From Cyanobacteriota bacterium (GTDB lineage: Bacteria > Cyanobacteriota > Cyanobacteriia > Thermostichales > Thermostichaceae), in assembly GCA_033764955.1 (NCBI GenBank), contig JANRIL010000048.1:64001-128000 (forward strand): a DNA stretch of 64,000 nt, written 5' to 3'. Each line of letters begins with the position of its first letter. Position 1 is the stretch's first letter. A model generated the notes under the pieces. That model was not told where the DNA came from, ran no database searches, and worked only from the letters and a program-made list of their open reading frames with translations. Of the stretch, positions 63,087-64,000 are shown piece by piece. The position numbers and the translations under genes were made by a program.

Positions 63087-63596
63087 ATGGATATAACAGC
63101 TCTCCTAGCTCAGGTATGGCGTTGGCTGCATAGTGGCTCTAGGGATCCCTTATCTACCCAATCCTCTATCCACCATTTGCCCCCTCATCTACGCCGTCAT
63201 TATCGAGAGCTAAAAGCCTACCAACGCACCTATCTAGCGGAACTCAACCAGTTGGAGAACAAAGTTCAGCGTAATCGAGCCTTGATGCAGGAGGCGGTTC
63301 GGCTGCGGGTACAATTTGCCCAGTCTGCTTCATTTGCCCAAAAAGCCGAGATGTTTGACCGCATTGTGGTTTTGCTTAACCAACAAGTGAAGGATATTCA
63401 CCAGTTAGCCGATCTCTACCGCAAAGTTTTATCCGATGTGGAGGCTCAACTGGGGTTGCTGACTTCCCCTCTTTTTGCCACGCTTGACCAAATCACTCTC
63501 AACTGGATCCCAGAGATTGAACAGATTCGTCACCAAATTCAGGCCATCGAAGCTGAGTTGGAAGAGCGGCAGGTGTTGATGGAACTTAACCCCTAG
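63087..63596 (+). CDS. hypothetical coiled-coil protein
   Basis: heptad-rich ORF of about 170 aa. Confidence 0.65.
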   Translation: MDITALLAQVWRWLHSGSRDPLSTQSSIHHLPPHLRRHYRELKAYQRTYLAELNQLENKVQRNRALMQEAVRLRVQFAQSASFAQKAEMFDRIVVLLNQQVKDIHQLADLYRKVLSDVEAQLGLLTSPLFATLDQITLNWIPEIEQIRHQIQAIEAELEERQVLMELNP

Positions 63597-63902
63597 CGAC
63601 AATACCCCAACATCCAAGGAAGTAGCCAAAACCATACCCTGAAAAGGATTTATCGTATCCACTCACGGTGGAAACTGCTGTATTTAGTATTTACCAGAGA
63701 TAGATTAAATAACATGGTTACAAAATGGATGAGAAGGCTAGTAAAAAAACTTTATCCTTAGCCATAACCGGAATTGTGGAGGTTTTTGCCGTGATATCCA
63801 GTTCCATACTGTCCGTTTCAGTCAACTTGTCTGCTTATACGAGAAGTCCTTTGAGCCTCTTCTCACAAGGGAAATAGACGTAACGAATGAGTTAGTCATA
63901 CA

Positions 63903-63974
63903 AGCTGGTGAAGGGATTTGAACCCCCGACCGGCTGATTACAAATCAGCTGCTCTACCCCTGAGCTACACCAGC
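63903..63974 (-). tRNA. tRNA-Thr(TGT)
   Basis: GCTGGTG acceptor stem, TAGCTCAG D arm, anticodon loop TT-TGT-AA, GTTCAAATC T loop; CCA not encoded. Confidence 0.95.
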
Positions 63975-64000
63975 AGAAGCATGAATGTAGGATAACAGTA

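Overview
Chromosomal segment of a cyanobacterium (psb29, sigF, EF-hand transaldolase, pentapeptide-repeat gene). GGGATCCC is heavily iterated and I saw no canonical GCGATCGC HIP1, which points to the Thermostichus / Synechococcus OS-A/B' lineage (inference). Most of the window is housekeeping: ftsY, psb29, purK, gltA, cobK, coaE (frameshifted at an A10 run), sigF, tal, a CBS-type tRNA nucleotidyltransferase, aroQ, hemB, eno, pip, secG, tRNA-Thr(TGT), several ABC transporters and a large hybrid kinase. The best leads: (1) an AT-rich operon (about 9.1-14.6 kb) headed by a PqqD/RRE protein carrying its own lasso-leader-like YxxPxL tail, followed by an HPr-kinase-like kinase, GT4, sulfotransferase, GT2 and nucleotidyltransferase, with no lasso cyclase or peptidase, i.e. 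a candidate undescribed RiPP-like modification system; (2) two attC-like sites next to toxin-antitoxin cassettes (a decayed brnT and an intact RelE/Gp49-HTH pair) with no integron integrase in the window; (3) a chromosomal parM/parR-like pair resembling the CorMR cytoskeleton; (4) a short-repeat protein next to a PD-(D/E)XK-like gene; (5) an unlisted 45-aa ORF upstream of aroQ; (6) IS630 and TnpB relics. All calls come from reading motifs by eye; no database searches were run.
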